From positions 1,698,179-1,762,178 of the forward strand of contig JAQGDQ010000007.1 in the NCBI GenBank assembly GCA_030141605.1: DNA of 64,000 nucleotides, in the 5' to 3' direction. Numbering within the stretch: the first letter of the stretch is position 1; each line of letters starts with the position of its first letter. Shown here one piece after another: positions 1 to 13,600 of the stretch. The stretch is from Tubiluchus corallicola. Its lineage: Eukaryota > Animalia > Priapulida. Under the pieces are notes generated by a model that was given only the letters and a program-made list of their open reading frames with translations, was not told where the DNA came from and did no database searches. Both the position numbers and the translations under genes were made by a program.

Positions 1-912
1 TAAACCAAGCAAAATGCTTTCAAATAGAGCATACACGGAAAATCAACAATTCACAGTTTCACAATGCATGTATAAATGACATGCTACCGAGAGCAGGAAA
101 CTTACTCAATGACAGAGTCTAATAATGGAGCTGATATTGGTTGGACCCTAACCTAGTTCATTGTCAAAAAAGATATTTCTCTGGGACAAAAGAGAGCACC
201 AGCTAAAGTGCTTAAACATATTTGGAAGGGTAGCTCCTGACCATCCCTCAATAAAAATGTGCAGCAACCATGCAAATTTTCCTACAAGCTGAGCACTTGC
301 ATCAACGCTTTAGTAAACTTGGCAATGCAGTCAATTTTTTGTACATTTATCATAAAAGCCCGCCATGTAACTTTCACAACCTTAGTTACAAAATAGCTAC
401 AACAACAGTAAATTTAATTTCAATGTAAATTCTGACAAATTTACTGAAAAAGCTTGCAGTGCTTGCTGTCAAAATATGGTATTTGTGATCTGACTTGAAA
501 TAAGAGTTTAACTCACAGAGTTAAATTTTTATTAAAGTAAAAGCGTTTTCTTCAGCTATGATCTACTCTTATTTATATGATATTTTAATTGCAAAGCTTT
601 TTCTTTGACCAAATATTAATTAAAATACCATAAGCACGTCTCATGAATTGAAAATTATATTTTTTTCTCATAAATTTTTGCACTCAATAGTAGATTAGTT
701 TGTTAACATGAAAACACAAACACCGATACACTGTTATTACCTGAATGTTGCACATTAGGAGCTGGGCAGACAATTATCAAATTTTTATTGATAAAAAATA
801 AATCTACCAAGCTACTGCCAACAGATAAATAAGTTCTTAAACTAACTCAGAAAATCAACAATCACAGCTACACAGTTCAACTGCTTAGATTTATACTCTT
901 GTTGATACTTAC

Positions 913-3900
913 CATAGACACCAAAGGAGATCCAAAAAAAATAACGCCCATCAAACAACAGGCTATTCCAAGCCTATTTAATGCTGTATAGTAATCATTC
1001 GCAACATACTTCGTATAGATGAGCAAGGGAAAAACAACACCCGCTGCAACTAACAGTTGTTTTTGCATAGCAACCTGCAAAAAAACTTTGGTGAGCCACA
1101 TTAATTAAAAAGTAAATACCGGGCCCTTTTTAAATGCCTTAACTAAAGCATAAAATGTTTCACAGCTGAAAATTTGTCGTCCAAACATTTAATATTTTTA
1201 CATAACATTTTTCAGGGAAATTGGTGATGCAGGTCATAAATGCATTCATGTTACAATGGATAAAACCTCTGAGATGGTACGGAATAAACGATACACCTGG
1301 CATGCAAAACCAGTACACAAAATTCATTGTCTTGGACAAGTGTATATATAAAGTACTTTGCAGCCACGCAAACCTGTTATAGGTAAACCATCTTGGCTAA
1401 ATGTTAGGTACAGTAAGTTCTCGCTTAACAACTCCCCAGTCAGCAGCATTTTGTTTTAAACATTTTGCCACCTTCTCTCATTTAATAATCAATTTTTCAG
1501 TTTCTCGGCCTTACCTTAAGCACTGAAATTTTATTTGTTAAGGTGCCTCTTTATAAAGAAGCCACTATTTACCCAAATCACTGTGAAGATATTGCTGCTG
1601 TATGGTTACCTAGATATGCCTCGTCTGATAACATTTGGCTATACTATGTGAAAGTGTGGTGTTAATTGCTCCATTCCAAAAAAACAATGTATTTATAATA
1701 TTTCTCAGCAAACTGCCATAGCTAGCATAAAATAGAAAAGAAAATTTTTAAATCCACAAAACTGGACATTATATGACCATTTGTTCAATTCTATCTCAGA
1801 TAACTCTAACCACAATTTACAAAAATGCAGACCAATCAAAATGAGCACATAAGTGTAACAATGAGTAGGACAGCCAGGAAAGCCATTAACAAAAAGTAGA
1901 ACAATAAAGACAGAGAAACTGTTACTATAATACAGTATTTAGATGACCATTTACAAAGTACAATGATGTGCAGGCAACTGAAAAACTTTTCGGAAACACC
2001 TCTGAGGTAAGTCCAACATGACTTCATCATCTATACTAATATTATTATTGATTGTTAATTTCGATTTGTTGTTCTATAAACTTTCAATACTGGAATATAC
2101 CTCTGGAGTATTTTAAGGTATTTCGCATTAAGACAATTTACTTTTAAAACACAGCATTTTCCTGCAATGCGTTAGTGTCCTGAATTGAGAATTTGCACAT
2201 CTATCCTTTCCTCTGTTTTCTTGTTTTTTGATCATGTGCAAGAGCAAACACTTGTCTGCTTACAAAATGTCATTATTAATTGTAAGCATCACAAATTTAA
2301 ACATTCTAAATTAATGTAACTGACTTACTTTAGCAGGACACATGTAGTAGTAAAATATAGTGTAACATCCTTGCAGAATGGTACCAATCAGATTCACTAA
2401 AATGATAGTCCAATCTTCTTTCATAATTCCATACTTGAGCCATAACACAGCACTGAAAAAGAAAAAATACATCACGTTATATACATATATTTATGGAGAC
2501 GGAGCCACATTGTTTGTACATGTGTATTTATGTGAGAGAAAGAAAAGAAAGCATTATATATGATTTTTTTCCCACTTACTCTATATTACCAGTGTTTTTT
2601 GAAAAAGGTTTTCAGGTAATGACACCATTTGTTTTGTTTATGCTTGTAACTGAATATTTGATTTACGCCATATTGGATGCATTTATTCTGAGAGATTTAA
2701 AGTAAAAACATATAAAAATTGTCTATTTGTTAAGATCCCAATGTTTCTGTGCGCACAACTACCCTAGTTAATAAAATAAATAAGATAACTTGAACTTTTG
2801 CTTAAAATTATTAAGGTTGCTAAATATTTACACGGCGTTTACTAAAGGAAATAATTTAGTTTACAGTGTACACCTAATTAGCAAACCTAATATACAGCTG
2901 TTTACAAATGAAAAGTTTACTTAGTTTAGTTTAGTCTTGTTTAGTTTGTTTTAGTTTATTATGTTTGCACTGTAACAGATGCGAAAATTTGCAGATGTAT
3001 AAATTTCGCTACAGTAGGCCAACTTAAATTGCTGCTGGGCTCTTTGCAGGAATGTGTCAGTTTTATTAAATTATGACAGTAGGCCTTCAGTTAATGAAAT
3101 CATAAAACCTTGAATAATGCTAGTATAGTTATGAGAGCCAGTGCAAGTTTAGTTCCAGAATGAAATGAAGTAGTTAATGAAAAGTACTGCCTATTTTTGT
3201 GCCTTATTACCCACCCAATATTGTGACAGCAGATGTTAGTATGCATATAGGTTCATGTATAGGTTGATAAATAAGGACAACAATATTATTAATAGCATAA
3301 TGCTTTACTTTCTCGTTAATTCTGTGAAATGAAGCAATAAATTTTTGTCGTCTCTGACTTACGACACGTTGCAAAAATACCACTTTACAAACAAGGCTTT
3401 AAAAGCCAATTTACATAGATTTAGCATGCACTTTTTTCTGCTTTTCAGTACTTTTGCTGAGACATGAATATAAAAAAGCAAATAGTGATTTCTTTGCCAA
3501 GAAGTTAACTATCAAAAAGCATTTATGCAAACTAAAAGTGAAAGTTTTCTGTTTAAAATAACTCTTAAAGAGGAAAATTTATCATTTTTACTATTTTAAG
3601 AAGAAATTACCTACAACTATTACTCTGAAATTACATTTTGCTACCATTCATTAATTACCAACTCAATAGCGCTATACAAAATGATACAATGTGCTTTCGA
3701 CTGCATAGCTGTGTCTCTAACAGTCTGTGTGCTGTGCAACATTGCCATTTAACTTCGCCTAACTCTATAATCAAATATCGTAGGAAGTTGGCCTTTCTTA
3801 CCAAAATGTGCTGAATTTTCAGCACAGTTTACTGATATACAGTACTTTGTTCAGTAAGAAGATCTACATGGAAAAATCGAGCATCCAGGTAGGCCAGTCC

Positions 3901-4506
3901 ACACAGAATAGGTACTAAACAGATTGGCAGCTTATTGCGATTGCACCAGCCCTCAACAGTTACACAATCAGAAAATTGCGTGGCTTGCTTGGAAAAACGG
4001 TTAATGCACAGTAAGATCATCTAATTACTTACTGAATGATTTAATTATTTTACCAAATTGATCAAAAGTATTGTTTCAGAACATATTCCTTGAACTTACC
4101 TGAAAAAAATAATGAGGCTGAGCCTTTATATCATAACTGGAAAAACTGGTACAACACAGTAACTAACACTGCATACATCATTCGCTGACTCAAAATGAAA
4201 ATACTAAACTTAACATATTTTACCTTGAAGTAGCCGTAATGAATGGAAGAGGAGATATATCACCAGTAGATCCAATTCTCCAGATCTTTTTACAAGTTGG
4301 TCTAAAAGCAAAAATAAAGGTTTGGTTGACTGCTTTGTTAGCTAACAGCAATAACATTTAATCAGCTACAAAGCATTGCGAAATCTACCTCATATAATAC
4401 TCTCGTAAATTTTCTTTTATCTAGTAGCTTACATTCCAGTCAGAGCTAGACAAACAGTCGTTATAGTTGCCAGAAAACCAACTGAGTCTGTCAGTGTGAG
4501 AGTCAT
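913..4506 (-). CDS. SLC50A1: Sugar transporter SWEET1 (MtN3/saliva family), 5' four coding exons; 3' exons not found in the window (probably left of position 1)
   Basis: Exons 4506-4433 (ATG; MTLTLTDSVGFLATITTVCLALTGI), 4301-4224 (PTCKKIWRIGSTGDISPLPFITATS), 2452-2329 (AVLWLKYGIMKEDWTIILVNLIGTILQGCYTIFYYYMCPAK) and 1074-913 (VAMQKQLL...MGVIFFGSPLVSM). All introns are GT-AG and phase-compatible; 146 codons. The PF..T, W..YG, VN..G and SPL motifs are typical of SWEETs. Confidence 0.92.
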
Positions 4507-4829
4507 TTCTCCTAGTCCTGTGACTGACAAATATATTCAGTTCTACATTGATTACCTGAAAATGCAAAAACAACTGTATATTAGAAAAGGAGACAGCTAG
4601 CAGAAGTGTTATTTCCTAGATAGATAAACAAATGCACAAAAACGAAAACGAGTTACTTCAAATATAGGTAAATCAGCTAAAACACTGATTACCTTCCTCG
4701 TAAATGCCAAAACAAATGATGTTTGTCCAAAGGTTCAATTTGTCAGGCAAACAGGTTCAGTGTTATGAAGCAAGCAAATTCGATTCAAACTATAACTCGA
4801 GGTCTTGCTGAACTCAAGTTCGTGGATAG

Positions 4830-4860
4830 AAAAAAAAATGACGTGAACGCCGCCCTTTTG
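4830..4860 (-). promoter_or_regulatory. Candidate SWEET1 proximal promoter (CRE-like TGACGTGA, GC box CCGCCC)
   Basis: Motifs lie just upstream of a putative non-coding first exon whose donor is GAAG|GTAATC near 4693. Motif match only. Confidence 0.25.
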
Positions 4861-5068
4861 AAATGAAGGCAAATCGAACTCTGTTAGTCTGTACAGGTTT
4901 CATTCCAATATATTCCTATAAAGTTTCATGATGATCCGTTGTGAATTATTGCAGGCTTAGGCTTTTCTCTAAAATGATGTTATTGCTGCCATCTAGAATT
5001 CAAATTGGCAATTCAAAAATACGACTCTGTCATTTGTTGTTGAATCCATTCTAGTATACACTCATATA

Positions 5069-5121
5069 TGCCAATGTACATTGCATGTATTTTCGCAAAT
5101 AAAACTGAAATGAATTGAAAT
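5069..5121 (+). mobile_element. Isolated 3' tail fragment of the same LINE family as 6259-8046
   Basis: GCCAATGTACATTGCATGTATTTTCGCAAATAAAAC...TGAATTGAA closely matches the LINE 3' end at about 7992-8046. Confidence 0.6.
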
Positions 5122-5430
5122 TTATAATTTACCCACTTTTACAAAGCTACCCAATTGGTCTTTCGCTACCCTTTCTCCTGCACCCCCCCCCCCTTAACTC
5201 TTTCCTTTATGCTTAATTTATCCTTTTTAATCAATAACTAAAAAAATAATACTATCAATTTGTATACAGGTGTAAATGAGGAGATAAATAAAAATGTCTA
5301 TGTCTACCAACTTTTTCATTCATTAAATAAATTGAAATAATAAGAGAACATCTGCTCACATAAATAATCACAAATTCATTAGTTAAGTAGCAAACATGTC
5401 TTTAACTAACTTTAATTGACATGTTACAGG

Positions 5431-8089
5431 CTGTCGGGAGTGGAGTAGGATACAAGCCAAAGTAGGACAGTTGCCGTACATCTACGTAGGGCTAGCCTAA
5501 TTAGCATGCGTCGTATGTGGCTGCACAAGTAGAACACTAGAGACAGTCACTTATTGAGTCCTTAAACCATAGTGGCAACGTCCGTTGTCCTTGTTTATTT
5601 AATAATAATAATTGAAAATGTCAACACATCATACAATTCATTATACATCTGCTGAAATAAAAGAATCTTATTCTGAGCTAGTCTAACGAGCAATATTAAA
5701 TTTGTCTTTGGGATTAATCTTTTTGAAGTGAAAATAAGCCCGTTTTTAGGCGATTCCAACATTTTTTATTTTGTCTCACTACGTGAACAATATATATGTT
5801 TTTGATGTTGCAAACTGGCACTTTTAATTGATGTCAGGCTGCTTGCCGATTTGGTGAAGACGATCAAGTGTATATCCACTGTATGATGCCAAACTGACGG
5901 AAACTAACTCAACAAGCCCAATTTTTAATAAAATGAAGAAACTTTCACAGAGTCTTTAAAAATTTGACAAAATACTTGTTGACATATCCATATCCAATGT
6001 TAAGGCTAGAAGTAGATTCATGGATCATCTGTAATGCCTGTTCTCTACTGGTATTAGTGTTGTATGGTACAAGAATTTTTTTCTGATTCCACTCATATTT
6101 TGTTTGAATTCATTTATTGATTTAGATGCTATAGTTTTGCTGCTTAGACCATTCCAACTGTTTACTACTCGGTTGCTAAAGTCAAAAGAGTGAAAGAAAT
6201 TGCTAGTGCTCTACATGGGATGCCCATGCACGACACTAGTTTTCCACAAATTTAGCGCATGTGCTCTAACAGATCTAGAGAGGGCCTCCAAAAATGTATT
6301 GATGAACTTTCACAGTATGCCACACAAAACCACCTAAAAATCAACTACAAAAAAGCGAAAATAGTGGCATTTGGAAAAAGGCTGCCATTATATACCACCT
6401 TCCAGATGAAAGCAGAAACACTAAAGAATGAAAAACATATTAAATATCTCACCAATACAGGAATACACAACAAACATGTAGAAACAGTGAGAAACCACAG
6501 CATTGGAACTCTTTTTAAAGTAAAAGCTCTAATATTTAATAGTAATTTCCCATTGAGTTTACTAATTTTCTTATTTAAGACATTAATAGTCCCTTTTGCA
6601 ATATACGGTTGCGAAATTTTGACAAATGCTTACGTAGAAAAACTAAATAAAATTAACAGCAATGACACTGAGAAACTTCTACAAATATGGAATCAATTCC
6701 CATTCGACAATGTCCAAAATAAAGTTCACAAAATGGGTAATAGGAGTAAAGACAACAGCATGTAATATTGCCTACAAGGCTGAACTGGCTTTATATCCTC
6801 TCCTCATCGCAGCAGCAAAAAGATCATACAAATTTGGCTTGACTGCTGCCCACAAACCTAGAAAGGCTATATTTAACACCATCTTCCCGTCTCTGAATCA
6901 TACAGCTCTATTGTCGCCCACATGGCAACCTAACCCAAGCTATGCATCAGAATATGAGAATGAATCAATGACAATAGCACAGAATGTCAAAAAAACCTGA
7001 ACAAAATTCTAAAAACGGGATATGAAAATATATTTTTTAGCGAAATTCATAATGGTGATAGGAAAAAGGGAGGCAGTAACAAGCTCAGATTTTACAGGGG
7101 GTTAAAATACAAAATGGAGCCTTACCTAAACACTATTAGGGACAACAATCATAGACAAGCTATCACTAAACTCTGAGTGAGTGATCATGATTTAGAAATC
7201 GAACATGCTTGTTATACCAAAACACCTGAACAAGAACGAATATGCAATTATTGCACAACCTCCTGACCTAAAAAACATGAAATAGAAGATGAAATACACT
7301 TTATTTATGACTGCTCACTTTTTCTTGAAAATAAAACAAATTATGAAATTAAACTTCACAGTCTAAATTTTTCTCTAGATGTGGCTGTTTAACAGCAATG
7401 TTCAAAAGGATATAATTCCTTTTGGAGAATATATATTTAAAAACTTCTAAATAAGAAAAACAAAAAGCTAACACTGGCTACACCTTGTTGAACCTTCTCA
7501 ATGGAAACTCAACTACTCAAGAGTTGAGACTTTTTAATATCTAGTTATAATTTTGTATTGCATAATGTATAGCTGCTAATTGTTTTTAATAATGTTTTGT
7601 TTGTTTTTTGTAGGCTTCGCTCTTAGTACAGTTTCTTTGTTTTTCATAGGTTTTCTGGTTACAGTCGATACATCTATAACATCAATGCAAGAAACTTTTG
7701 GCAACAACTCCAGTTCCTAGGGAAGAAGAAATCAGCAGTTTGGCAGCAGACTCTAACCAAATTATTTTCAACTCTATGTTATTTTTTATAATCTTTCATT
7801 TAAAAAGCTGGTACAAATACCTACTATTTTTAAGTCATTTTTCTTTTTTCATTGCTAAATTATACAATTTTTATATAACTGTGACTTTAGTATCAGTATG
7901 CCGTATCCTAACATTTGTCTATGAAAAAAACTTTACACACAGCCTATTATGATTTCTTCGGTTTATGTAGTATTTAACGTGTATTGCTTTTGCCAATGTA
8001 CATTGTATGTATTTGTGCAAATAAAACCAGATTAAATTGAATTGAATTAGCGCTATTTGGCCTACTAGTGGCGTACTCCGCGCTCTGCA
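5431..8089. mobile_element. Non-autonomous TIR DNA element (MITE), copy 1, interrupted by a LINE insertion
   Basis: 5431-5765 aligns by eye to 8513-8812, 6196-6258 to about 9169-9218, and the remnant 8054-8089 to the right terminus 9230-9269 of copy 2. Confidence 0.65.
6259..8046 (+). mobile_element. 5'-truncated, degenerate non-LTR retrotransposon (LINE, RTE-X-like); C-terminal RT/thumb region and CCHC finger
   Basis: Frameshifted peptides GLQKCIDEL...KINYKKAKIV, IYGCEI, KFTKWVIGV...KAELALYPL, NKLRFY, and ICNYC...EDEIHFIYDC (about 7240-7315). 3' AATAAA plus (ATTGA)n tail. 7-bp target-site duplication TTAGCGC at 6252-6258 and 8047-8053. Clade assignment is tentative. Confidence 0.85.
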
Positions 8090-8512
8090 TGGGCAACTCC
8101 ATAATTAACGCGATACGTTGCCCTAATCGGTTTGGTTTGACTATATACTACACCGAAGATCGTTGCCATTGCTAAACTTCAGTGAGCACATGGTTTCAGA
8201 TTTAATGGCGAAAAGGGACCGATTAGCCCTGATATTGTATTTCTAGTGCTTGTTGGACTAACTGGTAAGCTAGTGTTTGGTTGTTTTTTTCAGGGGTACG
8301 AGATTTCGTTTGGCGATTGCCTGTCCAATGACTACGGAGAGCGAAACTGTCAAATATTTTCGATACATAAACAATATGTGAAAATATTTTTTTTTAAATT
8401 GCATGACCTCCCTCTATCTGCGATGGTGCCACTATATACTTTCTCAGTTCTAATATCCGTCTCTGGATTATGGATAAAGTCTTAAATGTGATAATATTTT
8501 TTTAAATTGTAT

Positions 8513-9269
8513 GTGTTGGGAGCGGAGTAGGACACTAACCGAAGTAGGAAAATTGGTGTACATGGGCTGCCCAAGTAGGACAATAGAGACAGGTCGCGAA
8601 TTGAGTCGTTAACCGTACCGGCAGCGTCCGTTGTATTTATTTATTTAATAATAATAATTGAAAACGTTAATACAAGTTGAATAATTTATTATACATCGGA
8701 CAAAATAAAATAATCTCGTTCTGAGCTAGTAGGTCGGCCAGTATTGAATTTCGCTTTGATATTAATCTTTTTGAAGTGAAATAAGCCCACTTCTTAGCCG
8801 ATTCCAACATTTGCTTAAGGTATATCATTTTTTATTTTGTCCTGCTTCACAGACAGGTGATCCAAGTACTTCACTACCTCTAGGACAAGTAATTTTTTTA
8901 TTACTACTTCACTACTAAATAAAAGTTTCATTTTTAAACTTGCAATAATTATTGTTGTAATAACTGTGTGCATAGTTTCTCTCTTTAAAGCATTAAATAC
9001 TTAGTTTAATGTTATGATGAGCTAATAATAATGATGATATTATTGTAAAAAAATACATTTGTAATTGTCAAGGATTATCCATATAGTCACTATTTTCTAT
9101 AAAGTCACTTTTTTCTAAAACAAATTTAGTTTTGTGTTTTATTATGTCATAATTCTCGATTCCCGACAGAAATGCCAGTGCCCTACTTGGCTGCCCTGTT
9201 TTTCCGCAAATTTAGCACATTTATCGGAAGTGTCCTACTTCGGCTAGTGGTGTACTCCATGCCCCACAG
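8513..9269. mobile_element. MITE copy 2 with ~40-bp imperfect terminal inverted repeats, likely TA target (Tc1/mariner/pogo-like)
   Basis: Left end TGTTGGGAGCGGAGTAGGACACTAACCGAAGTAGGA is the imperfect reverse complement of right end TCCTACTTCGGCTAGTGGTGTACTCCATGCCCCACAG, which is followed by TA. Confidence 0.7.
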
Positions 9270-10601
9270 TATGCATTATCATTAAAATTAATTATAAATA
9301 TGATGTATGCATTATCATTAAAATTAATTATAAATATGATGTATACAGGGCTGGGCCTAGGAGGTGTGGGCATTGCTGGAAATGATTTGGTGCACCCCAG
9401 GTTTGCAACTAAGGCCTGCAGAGTCGTAAAAATGTACTATTATAGGTTTTGTATTTCTAAGACAGAATGGAAAGTGCAAAATGCGCATTTAATAAAAAGT
9501 GCAGTGCATGTTAATGGACAAGCATCTACATTTTTATATAATGCCCGACAAGTAACAAACAAAATGTTTAGATCAAAACTGCATAGGTTGTGGACACCTT
9601 GTACTCGAGACTTGCATGGTCTGAATGTAGTAGCATACTTGGTATTTTGCCACTGAGATATGAATGTTTGTAAAGATGCAGTACATGTGATGAATTTCAT
9701 CACATGTTACAGTAAAAAAATCTATAGCTTTATAGATATTTAAAAGCCATTGCCATTACATATTATTTGTTTAAATATTTGTCTTAAATATACTAGCTAG
9801 CTGTTAAATAATCATAGCGACTTTTGCGGATCTGTATGTTCACATTCAATTGATAGCTTATGTTTCTGCACTGTCAGCAGCAAATAGGGAGCTGTCATTA
9901 ACCTGTAGGCAGATAACCCTAACTTTTTAAAGATAATTATCAGTATTTGCAAAATTTTGACATATATTAGTTTTCTTACTCAGTTCCAAACTATGTAACT
10001 TAGGAAAAGCTTGTTTATTTTTTTATTGCTTTATTAAATTTGAAGTCTCATTAATCTTTCTTGGAAATGTAGAATTTTAAAATGGCATGTGACCACTTGT
10101 CAAATTTGAAAGTCATATTCCAGGAGATACTAGAAGATAGTGGCTAAGAACCTGGGGAGCACTGCAAGCTTCCTTAGCACTTTTTTTAAATTTGAGGGTA
10201 TGTTGGAGACACAATTGGACACTTAGGCAATTGTAAGAAATTAGGAAAAACACATGCTTTTTGTGGTTACTTTTTCCAAGACAGCTGCAAAATATTAAGT
10301 TTACTTAAGTGAAGGCTTGTTGCCTACTTTAATATTTTTTGCCACTAACAAAATTCATTGTTATGGGGATGCACCATATCAGAGTTATTGTATGAAGCCT
10401 GATGAACTTTAATAATTGTTTGTATTATGCAGAATATCAAAAATATTGTACTTAATTGTTAAAAATTATGTTCATATTATTTTAGTTATTATGTTTATAC
10501 TTGCACTATGTGCACATTTATGAATTTTGTTTGCGTTCTTTGCAAGAATTTTATTTTGTTAGTTTGGGAATACTGTCACTTTTTGTTTGTTTCAGAAAAT
10601 C

Positions 10602-13600
10602 ATGGGGAAACATGGTATGAAAGCAAAAGCAAGGAAGCCAAAAAGACTGCACAGAAAAGGTGGGTATAATTACAGTAATTCATTCAGTTTCTTTAGTGCA
10701 GCATGATTATGGTTTAAACGAAAAACTTCTGATATGACTGTAAACTCATTAAAAAAAGAGAAGATTTAAGAGCTGTAACAGCCTTTAGGCATGGAAAGTT
10801 AATCATTTAGTCATCTGTCATCAGCTAGTCTAAGTCATTAGTCATTTTTATTTGATTTGTCAACCATTTCCAATACAATCCAAGTATAAAAAAGTATTTG
10901 TGGGAAAATGCAGTTTGTCTTGATTGATGATCTAGTCAGTACTGCATTGTAACATACCCCGACACATCGTCTCCCTTCATTACATTGCATTTCAATACAG
11001 TATACTGCATTTAACTGCACTACACTACTCTACAGTGACTACGCTACACCTCACTATGCTATTCTACGATAAACTGCAGTGCACTACACTACACTACACT
11101 ACATTCTTTATGAATATGGCTTAAATGTATATGGTTTTTCATGTGCTTTGGCACACTGTAAGCTGAAATCCAGGATTCAAAAAGTGAATCTACTCAACAA
11201 TGTGTTTATGGCATAACTAGAGCCTAGCTCGCTGTCAAAGATATCCTGTAAATTCTGAGTGACAAACCCAAACCAAGCTAATATCAACACACATTACTTT
11301 CATAAATGGCAAATGCCTGTCCACTCAACCACGAACCTGGTCATCTAATGTCATTTTGTATGCTACATAGGTTCACAGAGGCCTGATGAAGAAAGCAATG
11401 CAAGACAACACAAGAAAACAACCAAAAAGTCCAAACAGAAGTTTGGAGTGAATGCATTACTAGAAAAAGTTTGTACTGTTTTAATTTTGAAGTCTTTCTT
11501 AATTTGCAGCCATCCTGTTACTGGCCATCCATGCTTTTTATTCATTTTAATTTTATGCGTGTTTCTGTCAAACGTTTTGAGTGCCCCTGTACATTGTTAT
11601 AGTGGGCACCTTTACAGAAATGGTCAATTTTTTTAAGAGCGAAATGCATTTATTAGTCTTTCAACTGCTTGCAAAAAGGTACCATAGCTACACATTCTGG
11701 TGCAATAAACAAGTATTTGACTGCACAAATGCACGTGCGAGTTTAGCTATAAGCTGTAGATGACTGAAGCATAATGTCTCTAAGCCTGAATATACCTCTA
11801 CGGAGAAGAGTGGTCTCCAAAAAATATACGTTTTGATAAGAAGTGCTAGTTCACTGAGGTGCTTCTAGTAGCAAGTCAGTGAAGTCACTTAATTATTATT
11901 AGTTCAGTAAATCTCAGTTTTCTCCTAGAGCACGAGAACTAATTTTGTCTTTTCTCTTGGATGTAATGTATTAATAAAAGACGACCTTAAAAATACTTAG
12001 CAGCAAATTTCTATTTGGTAATTAGTTGGTAAAGTAGTAAATTTTGTTGCTTTACCTTTATCAATCCATATAGTTCATGTAAGTGTAAATAACATTGTTT
12101 ATTAGTTTCAATTTCTAAAATTCATTTTCAATTTATGGTTCAAACAAAATTTTGAGATGTCTTCTGATTATTTTATTTTAGGCACGTGAATGTCTCGACA
12201 GATTTGACATTGAAGTGGCACAGAAATTTTGTCATAGAGCTTTGGAAATAGAACCTGACAATTTAAAAGTATTGGAAACTACATCAAGCCTTCTTTTAGA
12301 AACTGGAGATGTGGATGCCGCATTACAGGTAAAAGTGCTGTAATTAGCAAGACTTAGATTTATAAATTCTACAGCTTTGATGGATTAGACATTGTTGCAT
12401 CAGAGATCACACATTTTGCTTTAATAAATAACTATAGTGTTGTAATACAGTGATCACTGTAGTGTATTCTCTTGCCAGACAAATTGCTTTTTGTGCTCAT
12501 AATTATTGAATGTGGCCTTCCAATTGTTAGTACACTCATTCTTATCGTGTATTGTGCATAAAACTAGTCTACTACGTGCAGATACTTGGAATATACTTCA
12601 CCAATTGTTTTTTAATACAGGTCTCCCAAATAAGGCACTGATTAGTAATGAGAGAGGTGTTTTGATTTTATTATAGCATGAATACGGACAAATGTTTTTT
12701 TTGTTTGCACACTGAATTGTCACCAAATGCCTTTGCAATTAATCACGACTTTTTCAGAAAGAAACAATCTTGCTTTACTTGCAGTTTTTGAATATGCTTC
12801 TACAATCAGTGAAAAACATTTTCTAAAAGTACATTTGTGCCATTTTTAACAATATCTTTAACTTGTAAACTAGCTGATTGTGCTGTTTCCTTTACATAAA
12901 ATTACCTTGTTCTTCTCATTAGTATTTAAATCGGGCAGTCAGTCTCTCACCCGATGAAGGCCATACAAAGTTTCTGTGTCTTGGGCAAGTTCTTAAAGGA
13001 CAGGAAGCTGTTAAGTGCTATCAAAAAGCCATTGATATCATGTTGTCTGAGAGGTCAGCTGATTCTGAAAATAAGGTATGGTACCTATTCTTAGCAGCAG
13101 TATTTGGGCACTCATCAGGCTAGTAACTTAGTAACTTAGCTTAGATCTGTGTCTTCAGAACTTCAGAATCAACTCTGTGTCTCTAGGTTGCAGTAAAGCA
13201 GACTACAGAGTTATTTTTTAGTTGCCCACTTGAGTAGTTATTATTTACTTTGATTACATGTCATTGTTGTACATGTGTCTTAATTTTGAAATTGTTTTGT
13301 TTCCTTTTGCTTTTATTTGATATAAATTGCATTAATTTTGTATTTTTAATAGTTGCCATATGATTTGTTTTCTCCACTCTTATTCTCATTTTTCTAACAG
13401 CAATGTCTGCCTGCCCTGTATTTTTTTAAGTAGAGATATGACCTTTGAAATTGTTATACGTTGTTATGACGTGATTTTCTTATAAAGGCAAATAAACATT
13501 TCTGATTTTTTACTCATAGACAATATTTCGCTCATAAGCCTCTTGCTAAATCATCTTGTGATTGTGATTGCCACTGCACTGAATCAAAAATGAGAAATCT

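Noticed and set aside
9346-9400. CAGGGC-starting hAT-like left ends here and at about 24989
   Set aside because: No matching right TIR or TSD found, so element boundaries cannot be supported.
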